Source: Bacteroidota bacterium (lineage in GTDB: Bacteria; Bacteroidota; Bacteroidia; Flavobacteriales; Flavobacteriaceae). Taken from it: a stretch of DNA of 48,471 nucleotides. Where the stretch lies: the NCBI GenBank assembly GCA_039815505.1, contig JBCBZE010000001.1, positions 1 through 48,471 of the forward strand, given 5' to 3'. The translations under genes and the position numbers were made by a program. Positions 9,651 through 17,969 of this stretch are shown here, one piece after another (the first letter of the stretch is position 1; each line of letters starts with the position of its first letter). The notes beneath the pieces were generated by a model, which was not told where the DNA came from, did not search any database, and saw nothing but the letters and a program-made list of their open reading frames with translations.

Positions 9651-9666
9651 ACTTTGAAATAAACAC

Positions 9667-10188
9667 TTAAGCAACCTCGCGCTCGTAGGCGATGAAGTTT
9701 ACTATCTTTCCTTTTTTGTTGAAAATAGGCTCCCCTTTGATCCAGCACTTGTAGGGGCTTCCATTTTTACGATAATTCAAAATAACCGTCTCAAAAGGTA
9801 CTTTGTTCTTTACGGCCTTGGAAATATACTCGGTAGTTTCCAAACAAGTATCCTTCCCTTGGAACATTTTGGGTTTCTTTCCTATAATTTCATCAGCACT
9901 ATAACCATTCATTTTATAAATGTTATGGGTAGCATGTACAATGTTAAGATGGGAATCGGTAACCACTATAATATGCTCTTTATTGATTAATTCGTTGTCA
10001 AAATATGCGGAATATGACCATTCGTTTTTTTCCGCCAAACTAGTTAACCCATTGATATCATTATAGTCCTTGCAGATTTTATCAAAGTAGGATCTAAATA
10101 TATCCCATGAAACCAATGGTAGACCAATTATTTTCTGTGAATTGTAGAACTTATGAACAGCTCTATCGTAATTCTTTATTTCGTTCAT
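9667..10188 (-). CDS. Stand-alone short PAS-domain protein (LOV-like sequence pattern, lacks the adduct Cys)
   Basis: 173 aa. The segment GYSADEIIGKKPKMFQGKDT...VILNYRKNGSPYKCWIKGEPIFNKKGKIVNFIAYE aligns by eye to the LOV core GRNCRFLQG...INYTKSGKKFWN...FIGVQ. Cys is replaced by Pro, and there is no output domain. Confidence 0.7.
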   Translation of the reverse strand: MNEIKNYDRAVHKFYNSQKIIGLPLVSWDIFRSYFDKICKDYNDINGLTSLAEKNEWSYSAYFDNELINKEHIIVVTDSHLNIVHATHNIYKMNGYSADEIIGKKPKMFQGKDTCLETTEYISKAVKNKVPFETVILNYRKNGSPYKCWIKGEPIFNKKGKIVNFIAYEREVA

Positions 10189-10499
10189 CCGTTAAAAGTG
10201 TTGCGCTGCCAAAAAGGCATTGAAAATTTAATGTTAAGGGCATAAAACAGAAAAACATAAAGTTCTATTTCATAGCAATTTATCTCAATATTACTAAAAG
10301 AATTTTTCCGGTAAAAATTTGGACCTATGATTAACAGTTTTGTTTAATAAAAGCTGTTCAGAATACATTTTTGAATATGTAAGCATAAACAAAAAGTAGA
10401 GACCTAATAGATGTAAGCGTGATTTATCCAATAGGCAGGTGCACTTATTTTATGTGGTTTTTAACCATTTATTCATTATTTACACTAAATTTCAAGGAT

Positions 10500-11348
10500 A
10501 TGAAGTTTGAGTTTTACAATCCTAAAATTGGATCTCTTTTTGGGTTTACCGATAATATTGAAAAAAATAAGGGTCTTTTTTCGATCAATTCAGGCACCAT
10601 AAATATTCTATGGAATAGAAATAGTAATCCGGTAACTTTTCGGATTGATGATATGGAGGTAAAATTACTTCCCGATCAGCTGGTCACTACCACTTATCTG
10701 CAGCACGTTCACTACGACAACGGTCAAGGTCCGCTTACCGCCTTTTTGTTCAATAGGGAGTTTTATTGTATTTCTGATCATGACAGCGAAATTTCCTGTA
10801 ATGGAATTTTATTTTTTGGGACGCAAGACCTTCCCGTAGTTACCATACCAAAAAATCAATTAAGGAAGTTCAACACCCTATATGAGGTTTTTGAAGACGA
10901 ATTTTCTACTCCTGATAAAATCCAGGGCGATATGCTACAGATGTTATTAAAAAGGCTCATTATCATTTGCACCAGACTTGCCAAGGAGCAGCATATTGTC
11001 AAGAAATTGGATAACGAGCAAATAGATATAATCCGAAAATTTAATGTTTTGGTGGATGTGCATTATAAAACCAAACGAAAAGTTAGTGATTATGCCGAGA
11101 TGCTCTTTAAATCGCCTAAAACGCTCTCTAACCTCTTTGCTATCTATAATCAGAAATCCCCTCAACAGGTTATCTTGGAGCGTATTTCTCTTGAAGCCAA
11201 GAGATTAATGAACTTCACCGACAAGCAAAATCAAGAAATTGCGTATGAACTGGGATTTAACGACGCAGCCCATTTTAGTCGGTTTTTCAAAAAAATGACC
11301 TCATATTCACCTACACAATATCGTGAAATGATGGTTTTGTCCGCTTAA
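10500..11348 (+). CDS. AraC-family transcriptional regulator
   Basis: Has a C-terminal double HTH (SDYAEMLFKSPKTLSNLF ... IAYELGFNDAAHFSRFFKK). The ATG at 10500 (MKFEFYNPK) is preferred over the track's GTG at 10419. Confidence 0.8.
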   Translation: MKFEFYNPKIGSLFGFTDNIEKNKGLFSINSGTINILWNRNSNPVTFRIDDMEVKLLPDQLVTTTYLQHVHYDNGQGPLTAFLFNREFYCISDHDSEISCNGILFFGTQDLPVVTIPKNQLRKFNTLYEVFEDEFSTPDKIQGDMLQMLLKRLIIICTRLAKEQHIVKKLDNEQIDIIRKFNVLVDVHYKTKRKVSDYAEMLFKSPKTLSNLFAIYNQKSPQQVILERISLEAKRLMNFTDKQNQEIAYELGFNDAAHFSRFFKKMTSYSPTQYREMMVLSA

Positions 11349-11546
11349 CGGGAAATATGTACAAGCACTCGGGCAATCCCTACTAACATTCTCCTTGTAT
11401 CTCTACGCATCTTTGCCCTGTAATTTAAAAACGCGTAAAGATGAACGTACAATTGAAATCCATTTTTAACAGTATTCAATTTTTTGGTCGTAGTGGCAAA
11501 CAAGTTTTGCAAACCATAAGTCCAAAAACAAGTTGTGAAGAAAAAG

Positions 11547-11572
11547 AGAATCACGATTTCTATTGTGATTCT
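11547..11572. promoter_or_regulatory. Inverted repeat AGAATCAC-N10-GTGATTCT upstream of the AhpD-like gene (possible operator)
   Basis: Perfect 8-bp arms located 37-62 nt upstream of the ATG at 11609. Confidence 0.3.
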
Positions 11573-11608
11573 GAAAGACCATATGTTCAATTCTAAAACA
11601 AAAAAAAT

Positions 11609-12157
11609 ATGAGCACATTTAATGTACCTAAGAGAGAAGAAGTAAGCGCTAACAATCAAGCGATATTTGATAAGCTGGAAAAAGCTGTTGGTTTTGTCCC
11701 CAACCTTTTTGCCACTTATGCCCATTCCGAAAACGCACTGGCCACTTACTTGACTTTGCAAAATGCGAAAACCTCCTTAAAAGCTAAGGAAAAAGAGGTG
11801 GTAAACCTTGCCGTAAGCGAGGTAAATTACTGTATTTATTGTTTATCCGCACATACGGCGATCGGAAAAATGAACGGGTTTACGGATGAGCAAATTTTAG
11901 AGCTTAGAGCGGGGTCTGCTTCTTTCGACAACAGATTGGATGCCTTGGCCCGTTTGGCCCGAAACCTTACTGAAAACAGAGGGGCGGCAGACGATATCGT
12001 TATTGAAAATTTCTTTAACGCAGGATGGACCAAGGAAAATTTAGTGGATACTATTGTTTTGGTAGGGGATAAAACAATTTCCAACTATTTACATAAAACA
12101 ACCAAGGTGCCCGTAGATTTTCCCGTGGCGCAACCTTTGGAAACCGCAGAAGTATAA
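11609..12157 (+). CDS. Carboxymuconolactone decarboxylase / AhpD-like family protein
   Basis: 182 aa. Contains the AhpD-core CxxC-xx-H motif (NYCIYCLSAH). Confidence 0.8.
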   Translation: MSTFNVPKREEVSANNQAIFDKLEKAVGFVPNLFATYAHSENALATYLTLQNAKTSLKAKEKEVVNLAVSEVNYCIYCLSAHTAIGKMNGFTDEQILELRAGSASFDNRLDALARLARNLTENRGAADDIVIENFFNAGWTKENLVDTIVLVGDKTISNYLHKTTKVPVDFPVAQPLETAEV

Positions 12158-12199
12158 TTTAATCACATCACACATAATTTAAATTTTAAAAACAACAAA

Positions 12200-12592
12200 A
12201 TGAAAAAAGTAATCGCAGTATTAGTATTGGCTTTAAGTGCCTCATTTAGCATGAACGCTCAGGAGAAGGAGAAAATGGAGAAATCCCATCAAACCATTTC
12301 CTTGGAGCAAACTCCTGGGGAGTTTACCCAAAAACAACTGACCGTGGCAGCTGGAACCTATATTTTTGAAATTTCCAATAATGCCGTGGGACATGATGTG
12401 GGGTTTGTGTTGGTAGAAAAGGGCAAGGATGTCAGCAAGCCAGAAAATCACATAGCAACGGCTTATGTTACAAAACCTGTTGCTACCGGTGCAACGCAAA
12501 CATCTAAACCCACGACGTTGGCCAAAGGGGAATATGTATATTTCTGCCCTTTAAACCCAACGGCAACGGATAATACGTTGACTGTAGAGTAG
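12200..12592 (+). CDS. Secreted cupredoxin-like small protein (copper ligand set incomplete)
   Basis: 130 aa. Has the signal peptide MKKVIAVLVLALSASFSMNA and a beta-rich body ending in GEYVYFCPLNP. The His and Met that normally follow the Cys are absent. Confidence 0.5.
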   Translation: MKKVIAVLVLALSASFSMNAQEKEKMEKSHQTISLEQTPGEFTQKQLTVAAGTYIFEISNNAVGHDVGFVLVEKGKDVSKPENHIATAYVTKPVATGATQTSKPTTLAKGEYVYFCPLNPTATDNTLTVE

Positions 12593-12612
12593 TATAAAGG
12601 AATAGAAGAGTT

Positions 12613-12644
12613 AAAAAGCCCTGACCTAAAGTCAGGGCTTTTTG
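12613..12644. terminator. Bidirectional terminator between the convergent cupredoxin-like and SDR genes
   Basis: AGCCCTGAC-CTAAA-GTCAGGGCT, flanked by AAAA and TTTT. Confidence 0.8.
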
Positions 12645-12666
12645 CTTATACCTATGTTTGATCTTC

Positions 12667-13413
12667 CTAATTTCTCCCGGCCATAACACCACCATCGGTA
12701 TCCCAGATAGCCCCTGTGACCCACGAAGCTTTATTGGACAATAAAAAACCAATGACTTCGGCAACTTCCTCAGCTTGTCCGTTACGACCAATTGGATGAA
12801 AACCATTAAAACCTTCCAAAGCCTTATTGGCCTCTTCCCGCCCTCCAAAGACCGAATCATAAACAGGGGTTTGAACCACGGCCGGAGAAACTGCGTTGAC
12901 GCGGATATTATCATCGGCAAGTTCCATAGCCAAATGTTGCGTTAAACTGTGCAAACCGGCCTTTTGCATGGAGTAAGCGGATGAAGGAGTGGCCTTAACC
13001 GATTGTTTGGCCCACATAGAACCTACATTGACAATAGCTCCACCACCGGTAGCTTTCATCTTTTTTGCTACGGCCTGTGTGGCAAAAAAGAAACCTTTGT
13101 TCAAGTTGAGGTATGAATCATAATCCTCGGAGGTATGATCTAGGAATGGTTTAGGAGCAAATATACCCGAGGCATTTACCAAATAGTCTACATTCTCCAA
13201 TTGGTTAATATGGGAAACCAATATATTAACCTCTTTTTCGTTGGTGATATCCACCTTATGAGGTATTATTCCGTTTAGGTTCGTTAATTTATGTGCACTT
13301 CTACCTACCACATGTACGGTGGCACCGCCATTTACCAGTGCTTTGGTAATTGCTTCACCAATACCACTAGTGCCACCGATAATGATTGCTGTTTTGTTTT
13401 TGAAATTTGACAT
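12667..13413 (-). CDS. SDR-family oxidoreductase
   Basis: 248 aa. Contains the cofactor motif GGTSGIGEA and the catalytic YSMQK (YxxxK). Confidence 0.88.
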   Translation of the reverse strand: MSNFKNKTAIIIGGTSGIGEAITKALVNGGATVHVVGRSAHKLTNLNGIIPHKVDITNEKEVNILVSHINQLENVDYLVNASGIFAPKPFLDHTSEDYDSYLNLNKGFFFATQAVAKKMKATGGGAIVNVGSMWAKQSVKATPSSAYSMQKAGLHSLTQHLAMELADDNIRVNAVSPAVVQTPVYDSVFGGREEANKALEGFNGFHPIGRNGQAEEVAEVIGFLLSNKASWVTGAIWDTDGGVMAGRN

Positions 13414-13435
13414 TTTTTTAATTTTTAAGTTAATA

Positions 13436-13455
13436 ATGAACAGACAAGTCTGTCT
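13436..13455. promoter_or_regulatory. Candidate TetR operator upstream of the SDR gene
   Basis: The palindrome ACAGAC-AA-GTCTGT lies within AATGAACAGACAAGTCTGTCT, 23-42 nt upstream of the SDR ATG. A near-copy occurs upstream of the TetR gene. Confidence 0.5.
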
Positions 13456-13472
13456 TTTAATGAATAAAATTT

Positions 13473-14042
13473 TTATGCAATCAATTGTTTTCCAATGTTC
13501 TTTGCCGCATGTATGGGCCAGTCATTTCCGTGCAAATGACTTTCACTTACTGCGCTTTCATATAATAAGTACAAGCTCTTGGCCAACTTTTTTCCCGCAT
13601 TGTTGGAAATATTGGGAACATTGTGAGATACAACTTGATTTAAAAAGCATATCAACTCATTTTTCTGACATTGAATTTCTCTTCGAATAGTGATATTATC
13701 CGCGGGGATTTCAGCAATGGTTCGTATGCACCAACATCCACTGAAGTTAGGTTCTTTATAAAATTCCTTCAGAAAATCAAAAATACCCAACAATTGAACT
13801 TTACCTTTTGGTTTCGTAGCAATGAAGTTCTTTATAGTTTTCAGGAAAAAATCGTTTTTATACTTTAAATAGGCAATACAGATGTCCTCTTTAGATTTAA
13901 AATGATGATAAAGAGTTGCTTTGGCTATACCGGCTTCGGCAATAATTTCATTGATTCCGGTAGCATTATAACCGTTGGCATAGAACAAATCGGCAGCTGT
14001 TTGGATAATATGTTGCCGTATTTCGGATCTTTTCATGCGCAA
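13473..14042 (-). CDS. TetR/AcrR-family transcriptional regulator
   Basis: 189 aa. Contains the N-terminal [38 protein letters not shown]. Confidence 0.88.
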   Translation of the reverse strand: MRMKRSEIRQHIIQTAADLFYANGYNATGINEIIAEAGIAKATLYHHFKSKEDICIAYLKYKNDFFLKTIKNFIATKPKGKVQLLGIFDFLKEFYKEPNFSGCWCIRTIAEIPADNITIRREIQCQKNELICFLNQVVSHNVPNISNNAGKKLAKSLYLLYESAVSESHLHGNDWPIHAAKNIGKQLIA

Positions 14043-14052
14043 ATATACTAAA

Positions 14053-14070
14053 AATGAACAAGTCTGTCTA
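14053..14070. promoter_or_regulatory. Second copy of the candidate TetR operator (autoregulatory position)
   Basis: AATGAACAAGTCTGTCTA shares AATGAACA and AAGTCTGTCT with the 13436-13455 site. It lies 11-28 nt upstream of the TetR ATG. Confidence 0.45.
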
Positions 14071-14089
14071 TTTTTAATAATGGGGTGTC

Positions 14090-15193
14090 CTACAAATCAA
14101 ATTTTAATTGTACGGAAACAATTTCTTCCGCAGGTTTTTCCTTTTTTTCCGTGTTTAGATTGGCCAGGGAAATCCCTAGTAGACGAACGGAATTCTGAAG
14201 TTCCTCCTGATACAAAAGCTCTTTGGCCACATTCATGATCAGATTTTTATCGGCGATGAAATATGGGAGTGTTTTACTTCGGGTCTGCAATGTAAAATCA
14301 CTGTACTTAATCTTTAAAGTAATGGTCTTACCGGCGACTTTGGATTTTTTTAAACGTCTTTCCAATTCCTCGGCAATATTTTCCAATCGTTCCAACATAA
14401 AAATTTCGCTACTAAGGTTTTCACTAAAAGTTCGCTCCGCACCAATTGATTTTGGAATGCGATGAGGCTTTACGGCACTGTTATGTATTCCGCGTACCAC
14501 ATGATAATAGTAAGCCCCACTTTTCCCGAAAGTTGATTCCAGAAAATCCAATGATTTTTCCTTAAGGTCTTTTCCGGTAAAAATGCCGGATTTATACATT
14601 TTTTCCGCTGTGACCTTACCTACCCCGTAGAACTTTCTAATTTCAAGATCTTCTAAAAATTGAATTACCTCTTCTGGATTTACCGTCTTCTGTCCATTAG
14701 GTTTATTATAGTCACTGGCTACCTTGGCAATGAATTTATTAATGGAAATTCCTGCTGAAGCCGTTAAACCCAACTCATTGAAAATACGTTGTCTTATTTC
14801 ACTGGCTAAGAGCGTGGCCGATGGATTTCCCTTTTTATTGATCGTGACATCCAAATAAGCTTCATCCAGGGAAAGAGGTTCCACCAAATTGGTATAATCA
14901 AAAAAAATTGCTCTAATACTTTGAGAAATTTCCTTATACCTCGAAAATCTGGGCTTTACAAAAATAAGATCTGGACAGTTTTTTTTGGCCAAATAACCGC
15001 TCATTGCACTCCTGACCCCAAATTTTCTTGCCTCGTAACTAGCTGCCGAGACTACACCCCTTCTCTCACCACCACCAACAGCCAAAGGTTTTCCTCTTAA
15101 ATCGGGATTGTCCAATTGTTCTACGGAAGCGTAGAAGGCATCCATATCTACGTGTATAATTTTTCGTAAGGGAAAATCATAGGACATATACAA
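14090..15193 (-). CDS. dinB: DNA polymerase IV (Y-family)
   Basis: 367 aa. Contains IIHVDMDAFYASVEQ, SLDEAYLDVT and the rest of the ImpB/UmuC pattern. Confidence 0.92.
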   Translation of the reverse strand: MYMSYDFPLRKIIHVDMDAFYASVEQLDNPDLRGKPLAVGGGERRGVVSAASYEARKFGVRSAMSGYLAKKNCPDLIFVKPRFSRYKEISQSIRAIFFDYTNLVEPLSLDEAYLDVTINKKGNPSATLLASEIRQRIFNELGLTASAGISINKFIAKVASDYNKPNGQKTVNPEEVIQFLEDLEIRKFYGVGKVTAEKMYKSGIFTGKDLKEKSLDFLESTFGKSGAYYYHVVRGIHNSAVKPHRIPKSIGAERTFSENLSSEIFMLERLENIAEELERRLKKSKVAGKTITLKIKYSDFTLQTRSKTLPYFIADKNLIMNVAKELLYQEELQNSVRLLGISLANLNTEKKEKPAEEIVSVQLKFDL

Positions 15194-15214
15194 ATTTAAG
15201 TTATATTTAGTTTG

Positions 15215-15898
15215 ATGGGGTTAACAGGGAAAACGGCCATACTGCTTGGTGCCACAGGACTTACGGGAACTTTCTTGACACATATTTTGTTGGGAGATCA
15301 TCGGTATGTAAAGGTAAAGTCATTTTCTAGATCCCCAATTGGGTTTTCACACCCCAAACTAGAGGAATATCTAGTTGATGTTTTGGAATTAAAAAATAAT
15401 GAAGGTGATTTTATAGGTGATGAGGTTTTTTGTTGTGTGGGTACGACAAAGGACAAAACACCCAACAAAAACGCATATAAAAAAATAGATTACGGTATTC
15501 CCGTAAGTGCCGCCCGTTTATGTAAGGACAAGAATATGAAGACCTTTATAGTCATCTCCTCATTGGGAGCGGATGCTAAAAGCCCGGTTTTTTATAATAG
15601 AACAAAAGGAGAAATGGAGGAAGAGGTTATTGGACTTCAGGTTGCAAAAACCCATATTTTGAGACCTTCGTTGATCAGTGGTAGCCGTAAAGAGAGGAGA
15701 GTAGGGGAATGGTTGGCCAAACAAATGATGAAAGCTGTTGATCCCCTTTTGCTGGGATCTTTAAAAAAATATAGGTCGATCGGTCCGAATGCCATTGCAA
15801 AAAGTATGGTTTGGTTGGCCAATACCGACTATGAACATGTTTATGTTGAGTCCGATCAAATTCACCGAATTTCGGAAAAAGCACTAGGTGATGATTGA
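15215..15898 (+). CDS. NAD(P)H-binding (atypical SDR / HTATIP2-like) protein
   Basis: Contains the Rossmann motif AILLGATGLTGTFL. The ATG at 15215 is preferred over the TTG at 15212. Confidence 0.7.
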   Translation: MGLTGKTAILLGATGLTGTFLTHILLGDHRYVKVKSFSRSPIGFSHPKLEEYLVDVLELKNNEGDFIGDEVFCCVGTTKDKTPNKNAYKKIDYGIPVSAARLCKDKNMKTFIVISSLGADAKSPVFYNRTKGEMEEEVIGLQVAKTHILRPSLISGSRKERRVGEWLAKQMMKAVDPLLLGSLKKYRSIGPNAIAKSMVWLANTDYEHVYVESDQIHRISEKALGDD

Positions 15899-16364
15899 AA
15901 TAGAGCGCAAATTTTTGGTAAACTCCAAAGCATTTAAAGCGGAAGCTTTTTTCTACGAACGTATTGTTCAAGGGTTTCTAAACACACATCCGGAACGTAC
16001 TGTTCGTGTACGGATCAAAGGAGATATGGGTTTTTTAACCGTGAAGGGAAAATCCAATAAAGAAGGCACCAGCCGTTTTGAATGGGAAAAGGAAATCAAA
16101 GTTTCCGAAGCGCAAGCACTGTTAGCCCTGTGCGAACACGGGATTGTGGATAAAGTAAGATATTCCATAAATGTAAAAAACCATATTTTTGAGGTAGATG
16201 AGTTTTTTGGCGAGAATAAAGGATTGATTATTGCCGAAATAGAACTGGAGCGGGAAGACGAAAAATTCGAAAGACCTCAATGGCTGGGCAATGAGGTAAC
16301 AGGGGAAATCAAATATTACAATTCACAGATAAGCAAGCAACCTTATAAAAATTGGAAAAAATGA
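15891..16364 (+). CDS. CYTH-domain protein (triphosphate tunnel metalloenzyme)
   Basis: Contains the N-terminal EIERKFLV (ExExK) CYTH signature. The start overlaps the upstream stop by 8 nt. Confidence 0.8.
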   Translation: MIEIERKFLVNSKAFKAEAFFYERIVQGFLNTHPERTVRVRIKGDMGFLTVKGKSNKEGTSRFEWEKEIKVSEAQALLALCEHGIVDKVRYSINVKNHIFEVDEFFGENKGLIIAEIELEREDEKFERPQWLGNEVTGEIKYYNSQISKQPYKNWKK

Positions 16365-16858
16365 GGCATATAATTGTACTGATAACTTTTGTGGTTTTCT
16401 TCTCTTGCAAAGAGTCACGGGAATCACATATTGAAGAAACTACGGTTACGGAAAAGTTAGATGATACCAAAACTGTAAAGCAAACCAAAGATGAACTTAC
16501 GGCGAAAGGGTTCCAGATCTTTGAATATGTAGATGAAAAAAGCAAGGATACCGTACTTATGCAGCAGTATTTTATAGCATTCCTCAAAAGCGGGCCCAAT
16601 CGTTCACAGAACAAAGCCGAAACGGATAGTCTACAGATATTGCACTTGGAACATTTGGGGAGAATGTATGAACTGGGATATGCAGATATCTCGGGACCTT
16701 TTGGTGATGACGGGGAGATAAGGGGAATTACTATTTATAACACGCCTACTTTGCAAATGGCGGACAGTCTAGCAAACTCCGATCCAATGGTAAAGGCTGG
16801 CAGATTGGTCATTGAGATGCACCCATGGTGGGCAGCTAAAGGCTTTCCGTTGCGCTAA
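16361..16858 (+). CDS. YciI-like domain lipoprotein
   Basis: The ATG at 16361 overlaps the CYTH stop (ATGA). Contains the lipobox-like VVFFSC and a YciI-like C-terminal half (HLEHLGRMYELGYADISGPF...DPMVKAGRLVIEMHPWW). Confidence 0.6.
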   Translation: MRHIIVLITFVVFFSCKESRESHIEETTVTEKLDDTKTVKQTKDELTAKGFQIFEYVDEKSKDTVLMQQYFIAFLKSGPNRSQNKAETDSLQILHLEHLGRMYELGYADISGPFGDDGEIRGITIYNTPTLQMADSLANSDPMVKAGRLVIEMHPWWAAKGFPLR

Positions 16859-17963
16859 CTTTGTACTTTCCTTTTTTGGAGGCGAAACCTAACCCCCATA
16901 TCCTTTTTACCAGTACTGGTAAGAACCCTATAAAAAGGAGTGCCAAGGCTAGGATAAAAATAGGATATATGCTAGAAAAAACAGCCCCTCCGGAGAAAAC
17001 ACCAAGAATCAATATAGTGGAAAATGGAAAAGATAGGGCCAGGATATTTATGGCGAAATTCCCGTTGAACGTCTTCTTATCCTCTGAAACGTTCTTTTCC
17101 AGATCCATTATAGATGAGATATGCGCAAATGGCCAAAAACTGCAGGCACTCAATGCCAAGGCCAATACCAAAAGGATTTCGTTTTGTACCCTTACTCCCG
17201 AGAGGGTTATGAAAAAGCCGCTTACAAGTACTGCTATACCAGCTCGCACGGATAGCAATGATACTAATTGCAGTAATTGATTTTTCCTTATTTTGACAGA
17301 AAGGCCAATAAAGAGGAGCACTAAGGGGGTCATTATAGTGCTTAACCTTAATACTGTATCACTTATAAAAATTGGCAATGACTCCAAAGATAATCCCAAG
17401 AACACCAAAATCAAGGCAATGACTATAAAGATGTTTACGGGTTCGGAAATCATTGCCAAAAACAAAGACTTTAATTTGGAGCGACTGTTATTTTTTACTT
17501 TGGAATGTAATCTATAATGCCAATTCATTGCAATGACATAAAGTATGATCAACACAAACACTTTGTTCCCCAGATCGGTCATAGCGGCCTTTGCCAAGTA
17601 GTACTCTCCCAAAAACTCCAGAACAAAGGGAAAGCAGGAAAGCCCAGGAGCAAGAGACGGCAACAAGATGCGTGCGGTCCTAAATGTAGGGGTATTCTTT
17701 TTTATGCCCAGCAAGGGCAATATATAAGGAAAACCAATAAAGAGTAGAATGTTAAAGAAAAGTCCAATAAAGGGCAGTATAAGTAGTCCCGCATCTATAG
17801 TTACCTCTAAAAGGGCAATAAAAATTGTTGCTGGTAAGGCTAGATTCAGAATTATTTTTTTTATCCCTGAAATTTCCTCCTTGGAGTTGAATTTTAGTTT
17901 CAGTAGCACACCAATTAGGATAAAAAGAATAAAGGTGACGGTTTTTTGTAGTGTAAGTTCCAT
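16836..17963 (-). CDS. AEC (auxin-efflux-carrier) family permease
   Basis: 375 aa and polytopic. The N-terminal pattern FILFILIGVLLKL...LNLALPATIF is typical of the Mem_trans family. The ATG lies 6 nt after the aminotransferase stop. Confidence 0.6.
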   Translation of the reverse strand: MELTLQKTVTFILFILIGVLLKLKFNSKEEISGIKKIILNLALPATIFIALLEVTIDAGLLILPFIGLFFNILLFIGFPYILPLLGIKKNTPTFRTARILLPSLAPGLSCFPFVLEFLGEYYLAKAAMTDLGNKVFVLIILYVIAMNWHYRLHSKVKNNSRSKLKSLFLAMISEPVNIFIVIALILVFLGLSLESLPIFISDTVLRLSTIMTPLVLLFIGLSVKIRKNQLLQLVSLLSVRAGIAVLVSGFFITLSGVRVQNEILLVLALALSACSFWPFAHISSIMDLEKNVSEDKKTFNGNFAINILALSFPFSTILILGVFSGGAVFSSIYPIFILALALLFIGFLPVLVKRIWGLGFASKKGKYKVSATESL

Positions 17964-17969
17964 GGATAC

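Noticed and set aside
11345-11761. 138-aa minus-strand ORF spanning the AraC/AhpD intergenic leader. Similar alternative-frame ORFs occur at 12504-12920, 38097-38501, 41193-41570, 41598-41999 and 47526-47954.
   Set aside because: Each overlaps a motif-supported gene on the other strand or in another frame and has no recognisable domain. I treat them as spurious.
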